A stretch of 62,920 bases of DNA, the filler included, from Vannella sp. (lineage: Eukaryota): the NCBI GenBank assembly GCA_023345925.1. It is 7 parts of 7 records of this genome, joined end to end, with 100 filler letters (N's around TTAATTAATTAA, not from the genome) between each part and the next. Parts side by side here need not be neighbours in the genome. Positions count along the whole stretch, not along the records: positions 1 to 12,316 come from JAJQQN010001043.1; 6 more parts are not named here. One strand, written 5' to 3'. A program made the position numbers and the translations under genes. The notes beneath the pieces were generated by a model that saw only the letters and a list, made by a program, of their open reading frames with translations, was not told the DNA's origin and did no database searches. This document shows, one piece after another, positions 1-12,416 of the stretch; position 1 is the stretch's first letter; each line of letters begins with the position of its first letter.

Positions 1-43
1 GCCACTTTCAGTTGCTCGTTCCCTCCACGAGGAAGCCTCTACA

Positions 44-723
44 ATGACGATGCAAAACGTGAAGTGTGTCGTTGTTGGTGATGGTGCCGTTGGCAAGACC
101 AGGTGGGTGACTTTTCTTGGTGCAAACCTCACGTGGTTTGAAGGTTGGACGACGATAGCTAACCTACTTCCTCCCTGTTTAGCCTTCTCATTTCATACAC
201 TGAGAACCGATTCCCTGTTGACTACGTTCCAACTGTTTTCGATAACTTTACCACGGGTGTGGAGGTTGATGGCAAGCTCATCAACTTTGCTCTTTGGGAC
301 ACGGCCGGACAGGAGGAGTACTCTCGTCTACGCGCTCTCAGCTACCCAGAGACAGATGTATTTTTGCTCTGTTTTTCTGTCGTATCCCCCTCTTCGTTTG
401 ACAACATCAAGTCGAAGTGGCACCTCGAGATTGTTCACCACTGTCCTGAGGCTACGACCATGCTCGTTGGAACCAAAATTGATCTGAGAGAAGACAAGGA
501 CACGCTCGAGAGCCTCAAAGGAGAGAAGCTTCCAACACTGGATATGGGAGAAGCTCTTGCAAAGGAGATCGGGGCTATTGCCTACCTGGAGTGCTCTGCA
601 CTCACACAAGAGGGTCTCAAAAAAGTTTTTGAGAGTGCTATCCGCTCTGTTATTGGCAACGGTGCTGACGGAGGCGGTGCCGCCCCTCCCAAGAAGAAGA
701 AGGACAAGTGTCTCCTACTGTAA
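44..723 (+). CDS. Rac/Rho-family small GTPase (2 exons; intron 103-182)
   Basis: Spliced reading [42 protein letters not shown]...[18 protein letters not shown]...TKIDLR...ECSAL, ending in a polybasic tail and CAAX ([10 protein letters not shown]). GT-AG intron with a CTAAC branch site. Confidence 0.95.
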
Positions 724-909
724 GCTATTAACCTGGTTACCCTCTTCCGGAACTGCCCCCTTCTTGTTTGTGTACTTAATCCAATCCACCTGTCTGACGG
801 ATAACAATAAATCTGCCTAAATTGAAACAAGCTGGAGCTTCCTCCTTGTTGGAAGCGCGTGTGACCTATCCTCGTTAACACAGGCTTCATTTTATAGTCT
901 TTAAGTAAG

Positions 910-2387
910 CTATGAGTCCACTGCACTAGCTTCGCACACACGAGTGATCATCTTCGCGTCTTTGTTGGAGAGGGCAGTGGGGGGCTTATTGTGGTAGAGG
1001 AGAGTCGTCAGAAGGGAGTTCTTTCGCCTATTGATCATCTCGTAGTCCTTCTACAGTGTTAGAAGGGTCACACAGTTGCTTTGGGAACGAACCTTTGGAG
1101 TTACTTTGTAGTTCGCGTCCCTGATGAGAGTGAACATGATTTTGAAGTGATTTCCTTGTAGAGCAAAGTACATGGTTGAATGCTACATCACATGAGATCA
1201 CATCCTAGTCCTGAGGCTCGCAAACTCACCCCTTGATGGTCCTGATGGCACCTCTCCTGTAAGTACGGGCCAAAAGGGAAGTAGAAGACATACCAGAATG
1301 TTTGGGTCTACTCTCTTGTCTCCAAGAAGAGTGTTGACGACCGAGGAGTGCCCCTTACTCGCCGCAATGCTGAGGGGAGTGACCTTTTGGAATGTCAATT
1401 CCCGTCTGAGGGGCGCTTTGAAGGCCAACTTACTCCCTTTAGCGTCTAGACTGACATTCAGTACCCCTGATAGACCACAGATGCACTCTGATGACTTACT
1501 GCTTTGTTGGGGTCGAGACTCTCCTTCAATATCACTTCCAGGAGGTTAATGTTGCCCGTTTCAGCGACAATCCACAGCGCTGATGCCTGAAGAACGTTAC
1601 TATATGCTGTGCAAGAGCTACTATCTCGGAGAACCTACTCCCGAAGCGTTCTATCACCAAAAGTATGAGAAAGAAGAGGGTTTCTCACTCGAAGAGACTT
1701 ACCAAGGCCACATCGGGCTCTTCTACAAGTTTGATAGCTTCTTTACAACTTCTAAGGTTGCCTTCTTGACAGGCTACTCGCAGTTGCTTGTACTTTCGAA
1801 GTTCTTGTGAGTTTGACCGTTTCCCTTCCGAGTTGAAGAGGTCAGGGGCGCTCTTACATGTGGGTCATCGGCGGTAGGAACTTTGATTGATCCACCTGAG
1901 ACTGTGAGTGCCTCTGCTATCGGTGAGGCTGGCTTGAGAGGGTCCTCCTCTTCAATGGACATGTCAGGATTGTCCTCTTCTGTGTCAGAGTCTGCCTCGT
2001 CGCTCTCTTCCCCGTCAAGACTATTCTCCTGTACTTCGCCTTGCTTCTTCCTTAAGACCCGCTTGCTGTGCTCGTGCTTCATAGAGCAAACCTCCCGCGG
2101 GGTGTTCATTATCTTCTGGAGGAGCGGCGGGATCTCTTCCGCATGTTCTGAGCAGGTAGCTTCATACACCATACCCATTTAGACTTAACTAGGATGCCAT
2201 CTGGTCCTTCCTCACCCTCGTAGTACTCCAAAAGCATCTCCAACTTCCGAGGAAGCCCTGAAAGAGTAGGGAACAGCTCCATCATCCTATCCGCGGCCTC
2301 CTTCTTAATGCGAACCTCTCTCGTGTTTGCACGGTAGAAGGAGCGACGAACGCGCTTCTCTGACTGGTCTGAGCGGTTCGCCTCCAT
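910..2387 (-). CDS. Ankyrin-repeat protein with microexons (about 10 exons)
   Basis: Minus-strand exons 1792-1703 YKQLRVACQEGNLRSCKEAIKLVEEPDVAL, 1650-1639 NASG, 1586-1500 ASALWIVAETGNINLLEVILKESLDPNKA, 1445-1434 TLKG, 1383-1294 VTPLSIAASKGHSSVVNTLLGDKRVDPNIL, 1241-1230 DHQG, 1182-1093 HSTMYFALQGNHFKIMFTLI..., last exon ~1050-910. All these introns are GT-AG, phase 0. N-terminus is basic then acidic; the start at 2387 is tentative. Confidence 0.8.
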
Positions 2388-2433
2388 CCCACGGGCCAGG
2401 GACACCTCCAAATGACCCCAATCGGGCTCCAGA

Positions 2434-5400
2434 ATGCCTGAGAAAGTGTCATTTCTTCGTGGGATGATCTCCTTGTCCACCCACAGGTCCCTCCGGGCCA
2501 GTGGGCCCTTGCAAGTGGAGGCGGAGAGGAGAACTTGCTTTTGGGATGGAGAGAAGGCTCCGGAAGCTGTTGCATCCTTGTTGAAGGTGCTGGTGATCAA
2601 GGTTAGGTCTGGAGGTCGTCACTTTGCAGCTCTTTCCTGTACGTTTGTGCTGAAGGCGGGGCGCGGGCGAGTAGAACTGACAGAGGGTAGCTGATGGGGT
2701 TGTTTACACGTGGGGGAATGGAAGCAGTGGCCAGCTAGGACATGGAGATCGTTCCAATGTGGAGGTGCCCCGGGTTGTGGAGTTCCCTGTCGGGGTGGTC
2801 ATCGTTGAGCTCTGCTGCGCTTCAGCTCAGTCCGCTGCTGTCAGCAAAGACGGAATCTTATTCGTGTGGGGTTGGCGCGACCTTGAGCCTGTGTACAAGC
2901 CCGAGATCGTCTCCTCTTTGAGCCAAAAGAAGGTCGTTAAGATCGAGTTGGGGGCTTATCACCTTCTTGCTTTGACGGAAGGAGCTGGTCGACTCTCAGA
3001 AGTCTACACATGGGGCAGCAATGACAAAGGGCAGCTTGGTCTAGGCCACACAGTGGCCCAGTCTGAGCCCGTGCTCGTCCAGTCACTATCCTCCATGCTA
3101 GTCACTGATATCTGTGCCACAGAGACCTCTTCAGGCATCATTACAGGCAAGAAACGCTCACAAAGCATTCCATACCTCCCTAACAACCAGCAGAGGCTGG
3201 CGAAGTCTGGGTTTGGGGGGAGAACGTCGATGGCATCTCCCTCGGCATCAACTCTGCTGACCACATTGTCAAGAAGCCAGTGGTCATCGAGTCTCTTAAA
3301 GGTACTCCCATTTCACAGCTGGACTTTGGGATTGAGTTTGGAGCGGCATTATCTGGTAAGTATATCACTTTGCCCTTCTCCCTTCTCCCTAACAAACGGC
3401 AGCTACTGGAGTGATTTATACTTGGGGCAAGGTCGGTGCTCACTCAAGGAAGCTGAGGGAACCTACTCACTGTTCAATAGAATGCCCATGGGCAACTTGG
3501 TGTGGGAGATAGAGCTAACCGGTCGGTTCCGACCGTCATTCAGTCGCTCAGAGAGTTCAGGGTTCTGGGTATTTCTTGCGGCAATCGCAGTATGATGGCG
3601 TATACAAGCAAGTGCTGCCGATTCTGTGCTTCCCTCCTCTCTAACCGGGCGGGGAATACCAATTAGTATGCGGAATCGTTTTTTCGTGGGGTAACAACAA
3701 CAAGAATCAACTTGGGCACCTTTTGAAGGACGTTCCGTACTTCTGCCAGCCCAAGAGGATGGGAATATTCCCTCCCTCAGCGATTGTCTACGACATCTCA
3801 TGCGGGAATGGCTCCCTGGCTCTCGTAGGAGCAGCTAGTATTCGGATTAACTTTGAAGGCCGATTTTACCAAGAGATTGTGGAGTCTGAGGAGCGGAGGG
3901 TCGCTGACTTGAAGGCAGAGGTGGGCTCAAAGTGGCAAATGGAGCCAACATCATTTGTAGTTCAGGACGCTGAAGGCCAACTGGTCTCTCAGTACGAGTC
4001 ACTTCGTCAAATAGTACTTCAGGGCAAGTCACCGCTCACTCTCTTACGGAAGGAATCCGTTGTTATTAAGGATGCAGCGGACCTTAAGTTATCCTTTGAT
4101 GCTAGTGACCTTCCCACAGCGAAGGCTGGGACACCAGAGCAGTTACTCTATTGGTTAACTAACCCGCGTTACCCCAATGACCAGTTTTTGAAGGACTTCT
4201 TGCTCACATACCGCCTCTTTGTATCACCCAGAGTGCTCTTGGAGAGTCTCATCGCTACTTATAGCCAACCTGACGTTCCTGTCAAGCCTGGCGATCCGCA
4301 GTCAGCCCATCTTGCTCGTCAGTTGGCCCTAAAGCGGGAGCGAGTGATTGACGTCATTCGGTGTTGGCTTCTTGAGCACCAAGGTGACTTCTTCAACTCA
4401 AACGAGGAGTCGACACACCTCCAGACCAATCTTCATCGTTTTATTGAGGAGGGAGTGGCATTACGAGACCGACAGGTCTCTATTGAACTCACCCGACTCT
4501 ATCACCAATTGGATCCTTCTAGAACCCATCCAGACACCTATTTGGCCTACGCGCCCGAACCAAGCAAGCGTGCCCATCTAGGAGACATTAACTTTGCATC
4601 GTACCCTCCTCTGGAGGTCGCCAGACAGTTATCTTTGATCGCTTTTGAGTATTTCTCGGCCATTGAGTGCAAAGAACTGATTGGACAAGGCTGGACGAAG
4701 GCTGATAAGATGACTCGCGCCCCAAATGTCATCAAAATGATCCATTTCTCGAACAAACTCTCCAATTGGGTCAGTACAACGGTCCTCTCTCAGTCTAGTA
4801 CGAAGAGAAAGGTGCGAACGTACGAGAAGTTCGTCGCTGTATGCCAGCATTGCATGGACTTACAGAATTACAACTCCCTTTTGGACATTATTGGCGGGTT
4901 GCAGTCCACAGCCATCTTCAAAGCCGCCAAAACGTGGCCAAACTTCCTCTCTAGCAACGAGCTTGTTCAAAAGGTGGAGCAAATGGGCAAAACAATGATA
5001 GCCCATAACAAAGCAGGTTTGCGTGAGAAGATCCGCTCTGCTCGGCCGCCAGGAGTTCCATTCCTGGGAATGTTCCTCTCTGACTTGCTCTTTATTGACG
5101 ACGGGAATCCTGATACGACTGAGGACGGAATGGTCAACTTTCGCAAATGCTCCCTTCTGGCGGGAACTATCAAAGAGATTCAGCGGTTCCAACGAGTTCC
5201 TTTCCAGCTCTTTCCAATCCCTGAACTCAAGGAGTATCTGACCCTTCGGGAAACCAACGTTGCAGGGGTGTTGGCTGAAGTAGAGCCTGCAGAGGCGCAA
5301 ATAGCCTTCTTGAACAACACCTCGAGTACCATGCTTGACCGAGAGAAGCAATCGGACCTTCAAGGAGAACGAGCCAGCATGTGGATGTCTTGGTGCGAGA

Positions 5401-6563
5401 AGATTGACGCCGGAAACCTGTTTTTTTTCAAGAAAGATGGCACTAATCGGTCATTCTTGGAGATTCTCCTCGAGTCTATGGCCATTCAGAACACTCTTCA
5501 GTCCGTATTGGTCCTTTATCCGCAGAACCAGTTTGAATTGGACATTCTTCGGCGGTTACTGGGGCATTGCTTCATCCCAGAGTTGAACATGGAGTCCCTC
5601 TTGGACCTCTTGTTGTTGGCCAAGCGCATTTGCTTACCAACCGAAGTACAGACGACTTTGGCACAGGCCATCTCCACCTTTAAGAACATCACTCCTCCTG
5701 TTGTCCAATACCCTTCCATCAGCAGCTTTAACGGAGACAACAAAGATGACGAGGAGAAGGCCATAATCACAGGGAAACGGAAAAAGTGCAACCGAGCAGC
5801 AATAAGACTGTGTGAAGTGGCCACTCTCATGGCCACAAGCAACGACCAAATGGATGTCTTCTCTCTTCTCTATCGCGACCTCGTTCCCCAGAGTCTCACA
5901 GACTTACAGCAATTCGTTCATCAAAAGAAAGTACAGAGTTCCGAAGAAGTCCAAACTCTGAGCTCAAAGCAGGCCCAGATCCTCAAGACATGCGAGGGAG
6001 AAAGCCCGAAGAATGGAGGGGACGTTCGTAACTTGGAGCATCAGCGACGCCAACTGATTCAGAGCTTAAAAGAGGCGGAAATGAACCAAGAGAACCTCCA
6101 ACAGAAAAGGGAATACTTCCAAGCCGAGCTGGAGAAGTACAAAGAGAAGCACGAGAGGTACTATACTGAGTTGGAGCAAACCATTGAGTTGAACACAGCT
6201 AAATTGGGCCGTCTGGGAGAGGTGGAGACCATGTTCTTGCACTTCTCCTCCCTTATTGACTCTAAGGGAGGTTCCGAATCCTCTCCTGAAGTGGCAGAAG
6301 GCGACATTGCTCGCTCTTTGAGTGGTTTGAAGAATTACTTTGAGAATCAGGTCAAGTCCATGGACCTTCTCTCCCAGAAGATGGACACAATCTCCCGGGA
6401 TATCAAAGTCATGGGCGCACGCTACGGCCCTACCGTATCGAATGCCTTAAAACACGATTATGATTTGACCAAGAACGCATTTGCACTCTCTCTTAAAGAT
6501 TTGGACTTTGCCTTTGAGACTTTGGCTTCCCTCGCGGACCAATGTGAATCGTTCCCAGGTTAG
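2434..6563 (+). CDS. RCC1-repeat + RasGEF (REM + CDC25) protein, architecture like Dictyostelium GefC
   Basis: RCC1 repeats VYTWGNGSSGQLGHG, VYTWGSNDKGQLGLG, VFSWGNNNKNQLG; REM AGTPEQLLYWLT...DFLLTYRLF; CDC25 EVARQLSLI...QNYNSLLDIIGGL...PGVPFLGMFLSDLLFIDDGNPD...VNFRK; C-terminal coiled coil. Start codon uncertain (2434 or 2464). Confidence 0.9.
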
Positions 6564-6863
6564 ATCATCCCCTTCTTTCTACCAACTCCTATTCTAACTA
6601 ACTGTGCCTATTTGAAGACGGCCACTACCTCCAAGACAGTTTGGGGAGAATCGCCGAGTTGAGAGGGAAGGTTATCACCGCGCGGGACCTCATTCTTGAC
6701 CGCCACTTGGCCTAATTCTCTCTCTAAGAGAGCTTTCTTTTCAGTAAATGTTAATTCCGCGCTTCCAGACCGATCTATGAAAAAGGCGGGAAAATGGCCG
6801 CCGTTTCTGGGGCTGCCTTTTGCTCTATTTTATCACGTCACAAGCTCTGGAGGAGAGCTGACT

Positions 6864-9493
6864 ATGAACAAACGAGGAGATCACATCACAGTTGCCGTTA
6901 GGTGAGTAGAGGAAGGCCAACTGTACGTGGTCTTGGGAGACTGACTGAAATGGGTTCCAGGTGCCGCCCCGAAGATGCTCGGGAGCTTGGTTCAAAGGAA
7001 AGCAGGAACGTGGTTAGCGTTCACGATGATCGAACACTCATCTTTGATCCCTCTGACCCAAGTATCAGCAAGTTTGGGGCAATGTCGCTTGGCAGACGTC
7101 AAAAGCACGCCATCTTCGAGTTCGACAGAGTGTTTGATCAGTCTGCAACTCAGCAAGAAGTCTATCAAGACACTACTGCACCCCTCCTGCCCCACGTACT
7201 CGAAGGATTCAACGCCTCCGTGTTTGCTTACGGCGCCACAGGCGCTGGAAAGACTCACACGATGGTGGGGAACACTGAATCTGGTGTAGGTGTTATGATT
7301 CTAGCGCTTCGCGACCTCTACCACCTCATTGGAGAGCTCCAAGACAAGCAAATCGTGAAAGTGTCTCTCAGCTATCTTGAAGTCTACAACGAGCTGATTC
7401 GGGATCTTCTGCAACTCGACGGCGATGAATTGATGCGAGGGTATGAAGAAACAGACCAAACAAGCGCTGGAGAGTCTGGAATCAACCCCCAGAACCTCGA
7501 ACTTCTCGAAGAGAGTGGCCAAGTGACCGTTCGTGGACTTTCTTGGCATCAACCGAGCTCATTGGAGGAGCTTCTCCAGCTCTTAGAGAAGGGAAACACC
7601 TACCGAGCGCGCTCTCCTACCGATGCAAATGCCCTCTCCTCCCGTTCCCATGCAGTCCTCCAGATATCAGTCGAAAGCAAGAGCAAAGAGGACTCAAACG
7701 ATCCTTGGAGGGTCGGCAAGTTGTCACTCATCGACTTGGCAGGCTCTGAGAGAGCATGCGTGTCTCGCAATTCCGGCGAGCGCCAGAAAGAAGGCGCGAA
7801 CATCAATAGGTCACTTCTGGCTCTTGGAAACTGCATTAACGCACTTTGCACCCCTCCTGGGCGTAAGAAGGGCACCGTTCATGTTCCTTATAGAGATAGC
7901 AAGCTGACACGCTTGCTGAAAGACTCTTTGGGAGGATCTTGCAAGACAGTGATGATCGCGAATGTCAGTCCTTCCTCGCTATCTTACGACGACACGCACA
8001 ACACGCTCAAATACGCTGACCGTGCAAAGAACATCAAAAGCACTCTAACACGAGCTATTGTAGCCCCATCAGCTCCCCAAGACCAACAAGAAATCGCTCT
8101 TTTAAGACAACAATTGTCTCACACAAAGGACCAGCTCAAAGAAGCTCTTCATGCCAACTCCCTCCGCAGTCGTGACCCTTCTGTGAGTGCAGAAGACTAT
8201 CAAAAGACACAATCTGCTCTAGAGGGCTTCCAAGGAACGGTCAAGGAGGTCTACACTGCCATGGGGAAGCAAAAGACGCAGTTGCAGATGCTCAATAAGA
8301 GCGAACGTAAGCTGATTGCTCAGTTACATCGCTCTCAGAGCATCATGGGACTCTCAAGCTGTGTCCCTGCTTCTATTCGAACGGTAGAAGCCGAGGTAGG
8401 GGAGCTACACTCACAACAAAAGGCTCTTCTCGCTGCTATCGAGCACCAAAACTCTCGAGTGCGTCAGCTTTACAAGCAGATTGAGGACTCTATGGAGTTA
8501 GATGACAGCAGCCGATCCAACTTGCTTCGAGAGATCCTCTACCAACGCACTCTGATGGAGAAACACGACTTGGTCGACCTCTGTGCCTCGAAAGAGTGCA
8601 AACTCCAGCTCCAACAGCAGAAGATTCTGGATCTGGAGCGTGCTCTTGCACTGAACCAACGAGTTGGCGGCGTAACAGCAACAAGAAACGTTCCCTCTCG
8701 TGTACTTCGAGAGACATTGGCTACTTCTCGACCTAAACGCCCGGTTATTCGCAAGCCAGCGACTCGTATGCGCAACGCGATAGGTTCTTTGGCTCCTCAA
8801 GTGAATGATGAACGTAGAAGGCGGCTATTGGCACTAAAGAAAGCCAAGAGAGTGACAAACGTGGCACCAACTCCCTCATCTGTCACTGAAACAGTCCCTT
8901 CTCGTCCTCCATTCTCCAGTCCTGCAAGACACACTCGCAATGAACGACGCAGTGTTGCTGTTCGCCCTCTCGAATCGCAAGCTCCTGCTCCAACGGTGGA
9001 GGAATCCTCGGTCCCTTCCACTCCCATGGCTGCCATCTCCTCCCTCTCGAAGCTCACCTCGATAGGAAGTGCAGCAGCATCACCTCCAAGACGTGTACGA
9101 GTCCATCGTAAGCATCAAACACTCCAAAGACTCGTCCACAAGCCATCCATGGCTCTTCCAATGCCAATACCTGCAAGTCACTTGCTGGAATCGACCCAAT
9201 CTCAGCCCCCACCACCTACTATGGAAGCTCCTGCAAGTAGACAGCCACTCCCCTCCCTTGGAGCAGTCCCTCTGTCCATCAGTGAGCAGATTGCAGCTCT
9301 GAAACAAAAGAGAGCCGTTCGTGCCTCTGCCACGCCTTCTCGGGAAGCCTTTAGACCTGTCAACCTCTCATCAGCTACCACACCTCTCCAACTACACCCA
9401 GGAAAGAGCCTACGGAGGCCAGCAGTCTCTTTAACACCCCGGCCGAGTGACAACATTGAGAACGAGCACCCTCAACCCTTTTCGCTCGTCTGA
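6864..9493 (+). CDS. Kinesin-8 family (Kip3/KIF18-like) motor
   Basis: MNKRGDHITVAVR|CRP after splicing intron ~6902-6960; P-loop YGATGAGKTHTM, switch motifs SSRSHA and LIDLAGSER, HVPYRDSKLTRLLKDSLGG; coiled coil and P/S-rich tail. Confidence 0.9.
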
Positions 9494-10154
9494 AGCTCTC
9501 TCTTGGTCCTCCCATAAACCATATCCAACCTCTCTACAGCTACACTCCATCCAAGGGCGAGTGAGTTCATGCGAGAAAGTCCAAGTCAAGGGAATGCACT
9601 ATTTCACTTTCCAGAACACTTTGGAAGAGTGTCTGGGTCCTTCCAGGTGTCATCAGTAGTGTAAGTGATCTTGGTGAGGGTCTCTTGAGAGACTAGGGAG
9701 CGTGCAAGCGGACAGAAAGTGCTGTTTGAAGGTGTTGGATGGAGTTTGCGGTGCTCTGGTGAGTTACCGGGTAGTGCTTGCATTAGATGTGCTCTCTTAG
9801 CCCCAAAGCCAGGTTTGGTGGGACGACGAAGCGGTCTCAAGGGCTCTAGGTTGGAAGTTAGGCCCAAAGAGCAGTGAGAGCTCCTCAACTGCCAGGCTGT
9901 ACATCACTCTAACTCATAATGGAAGGTTCCTTTCGTACCCACACCGTGTTGCTCGCCCCGCACCCTCGAACGTTGACGAAACTCTCAGAAGTCTCTCGCC
10001 ATGGCGAGGCGTCACGAGAGGGTACAAAGAGGAGTTCATGCTGTGTTAGAAGACAATGTACAGACAGTGTATTGCGTACTTTCCACGGGGAACGCTTGTT
10101 GAGAGGAAGGAGGAGAAGATGACCACGACACTTGGTCCAGGAAAGGAGAGGAAC

Positions 10155-10911
10155 CTAGCAAGGACAACCCTTTTCATCGCCCTTGTCACGCTTCTTCCTC
10201 AGGTCAACGCCGCCTGCAGCAGGCTTACTATCAGACTTGCCCTCCACGCGATTAAGGATCTTCTTGGTCACGAGGATGAAGCCGTCGTTCACGTTCGTAT
10301 TGGACTTTGCGCTTGTCTCAATGAAGTCCATTTGGTTCTCTTCTGCAAAGCTCTTGCCCTCCACGAACTCCACGCGGCGTTGCGCCTCCAAATCGCTCTT
10401 GTTGCCGATGAGAAGCTTGTTTACGAACTCAGAGGTGAACCGATCGACTTCAGACATCCAATTGCGTACGTTCTTGAAGGTTTTGTGATCTGTGATGTCG
10501 TAAACAAGGACGACGCCATGTGCTCCTCGGTAGTAACTCGCTGTAATCGTCCGGAAGCGCTGTAGTTATTAAGAAAGGTGGACCATGTGAGTATGAGAGT
10601 GATGGAAGGCGCCAAAAGGCCTGAACGAACGAACCTCCTGTCCTGCAGTGTCCCAAATTTGTAGCTTCACCGTCTTTCCTTCAACGGAGATCGTTCGTAT
10701 CTTAAAGTCTACCCCAATGGTGCTCACGTAGCTGTCCGCAAAGGTATCATCCGCAAAACGGATAAGAAGACAACCTTCAATCCTCATGTCAGGAAGGTCG
10801 CTCCCGCCCAACTTTTACGAAAGAAGACTCACTCTTGCCAACTGCTGAGTCTCCGATCAGTAGTAACTTAAGTAAATGATCGTAATCATGTTCCTCTTCG
10901 TCGGTGCTCAT
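10155..10911 (-). CDS. Rab1-like small GTPase (3 exons)
   Basis: Spliced [36 protein letters not shown]...IGVDFKIRT...[22 protein letters not shown]...GNKSDL...ETSAK, with a CxC prenylation end (CPC). Confidence 0.93.
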
Positions 10912-11275
10912 GGTACAGAAGCTCCTGGACCACGGGAGAATGACTAACTTGCCTGTCCAAAAGCTTCTTTATTTACAAAGCAACGATGCATTTCTTTTTT
11001 ACTCTCGATGACCACTTTTCAGTTGCAACACAGAATATCGTGATATTTCCTACATATTATGTAATTATTACGCAATCGGCTTCACTTCTTGTTCGCTTCT
11101 CCTTTGATCTCGCCTGTAGTTCGCACAAAGAGCTGCGTGATCTCGAGGGAGTGGCGCAGAAGTTCACTGGAGGAGGAGCGATCATGAGACTCGGCAAACA
11201 TCTCTTTGTGGGTGGTTAACCAACAACTGGGGAGGATCTTTATTCTTAAGTGAAGCACCTTGGCTGTGCTTGTGC

Positions 11276-12172
11276 TCATAGGTTTAGCCTTGGACGCTTT
11301 TTTGCGTGCTGACGATGAGAACCTGTTCTTACGGACGCAGGAGACTCATATTGCACGTGGATGAGAGAGGACAAATTGAACTCTCCTCGACACTGAGGGC
11401 AAGAAGCAAAGCAGCGGCGATTGTAATTCGAATTGTGCCAGTAGTGGCGAAGCATGCACCCCAAACACACCGCCATCGTTTTACAGGAGCAGGAGGTTTC
11501 TCCTTTCTGTGGAAGGATTCGACAGTCAGAGGTACTTTGCAAGCAAAGCGTACACTCCACTGGGTCTAGGGGAAACCACAATGGTGGCTTCTCCTTGATC
11601 TTGGCCATGTTTCTCCTGACAAACTCCCCTTCATTCTGAGGGAACAATAGCTCCGTGACACGTTTGGGTTCAGATTCAAGACTAGAAAGGAGGTTATCAA
11701 TCAGTGACATTCCCCTTGCGATCTTCGGCAAAGCCTCTGTGAGAGAGGCGATTAGACGGGACCGAAACGAAACCATGCGGCTTCCATGGCGAGTTAACCC
11801 AAGCAAATCGAGACGTTGCAACTGATCGATTGACTGCATGATAAGATCCTCCACTTCTGTCATCGCTGACATACGTCCTAAGTTGTTACTCATGATATCT
11901 CTCAAGGACGCGACACAGGATTGATGAATCTGATACATCTGGTCCATGGGCTGAGCAAAGCGATGGGGGAAGTAACCCTGAGGATGGCCTCCTGGAACCG
12001 TCACCAACGCCTCCAAACTGTCGATGGTGATCATACTCCCCAAGTTGGGTGGGGGGATATGCTGCATTTGACGCAGAAAGAATGAACAGTTTCCCAAACA
12101 GTTCCAGATCCCGAAGTTCGTTTCCCTTTTCATTTGTCCCCTCACATATGAATCCCCTTGTGAAAGTATCAT
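11276..12172 (-). CDS. Intronless RING-finger protein (C4C4-type), uncharacterised
   Basis: 298-aa ORF with C-terminal CTLC-x17-CSC-x5-CLGC-x18-CPQCR and a basic NLS-like end AKKRPRLNL. The true start may be a downstream Met. Confidence 0.7.
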   Translation of the reverse strand: MILSQGDSYVRGQMKRETNFGIWNCLGNCSFFLRQMQHIPPPNLGSMITIDSLEALVTVPGGHPQGYFPHRFAQPMDQMYQIHQSCVASLRDIMSNNLGRMSAMTEVEDLIMQSIDQLQRLDLLGLTRHGSRMVSFRSRLIASLTEALPKIARGMSLIDNLLSSLESEPKRVTELLFPQNEGEFVRRNMAKIKEKPPLWFPLDPVECTLCLQSTSDCRILPQKGETSCSCKTMAVCLGCMLRHYWHNSNYNRRCFASCPQCRGEFNLSSLIHVQYESPASVRTGSHRQHAKKRPRLNL

Positions 12173-12271
12173 ATGATGGATATTCTCATTTTTATATTGA
12201 ATGAAGATCTTTTCTCAATTTGGGCTCAACGAGAAAGTTCACGGCCCAGATCAACCACGTCCCCTGGCCAT

Positions 12272-12316
12272 GGTTGAAAAGTATCTCTAAATTCAATCGG
12301 GACCTTTACCAATGAA
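12272..12316. repeat. 45-bp dispersed repeat, copy A (runs into contig end)
   Basis: 40/45 identical to 13153-13197. Confidence 0.75.
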
Positions 12317-12416
12317 NNNNNNNNNNNNNNNNNNNNNNNNNNNNNNNNNNNNNNNNNNNNTTAATTAATTAANNNNNNNNNNNNNNNNNNNNNNNNNNNN
12401 NNNNNNNNNNNNNNNN
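12317..12416. other. Artificial contig spacer
   Basis: N44-TTAATTAATTAA-N44, a linker with stops in all six frames. Confidence 0.98.

Noticed and set aside
1583..1810. Plus-strand 75-aa ORF MPEERYY...
   Set aside because: Antisense shadow of the ankyrin exons and introns.
9995..10008. 14-bp palindrome CTCGCCATGGCGAG
   Set aside because: Isolated, with no supporting context; could occur by chance.
12361..12372. TTAATTAATTAA palindrome recurring six times
   Set aside because: Always centred in identical 100-nt N blocks; an artificial six-frame-stop linker.
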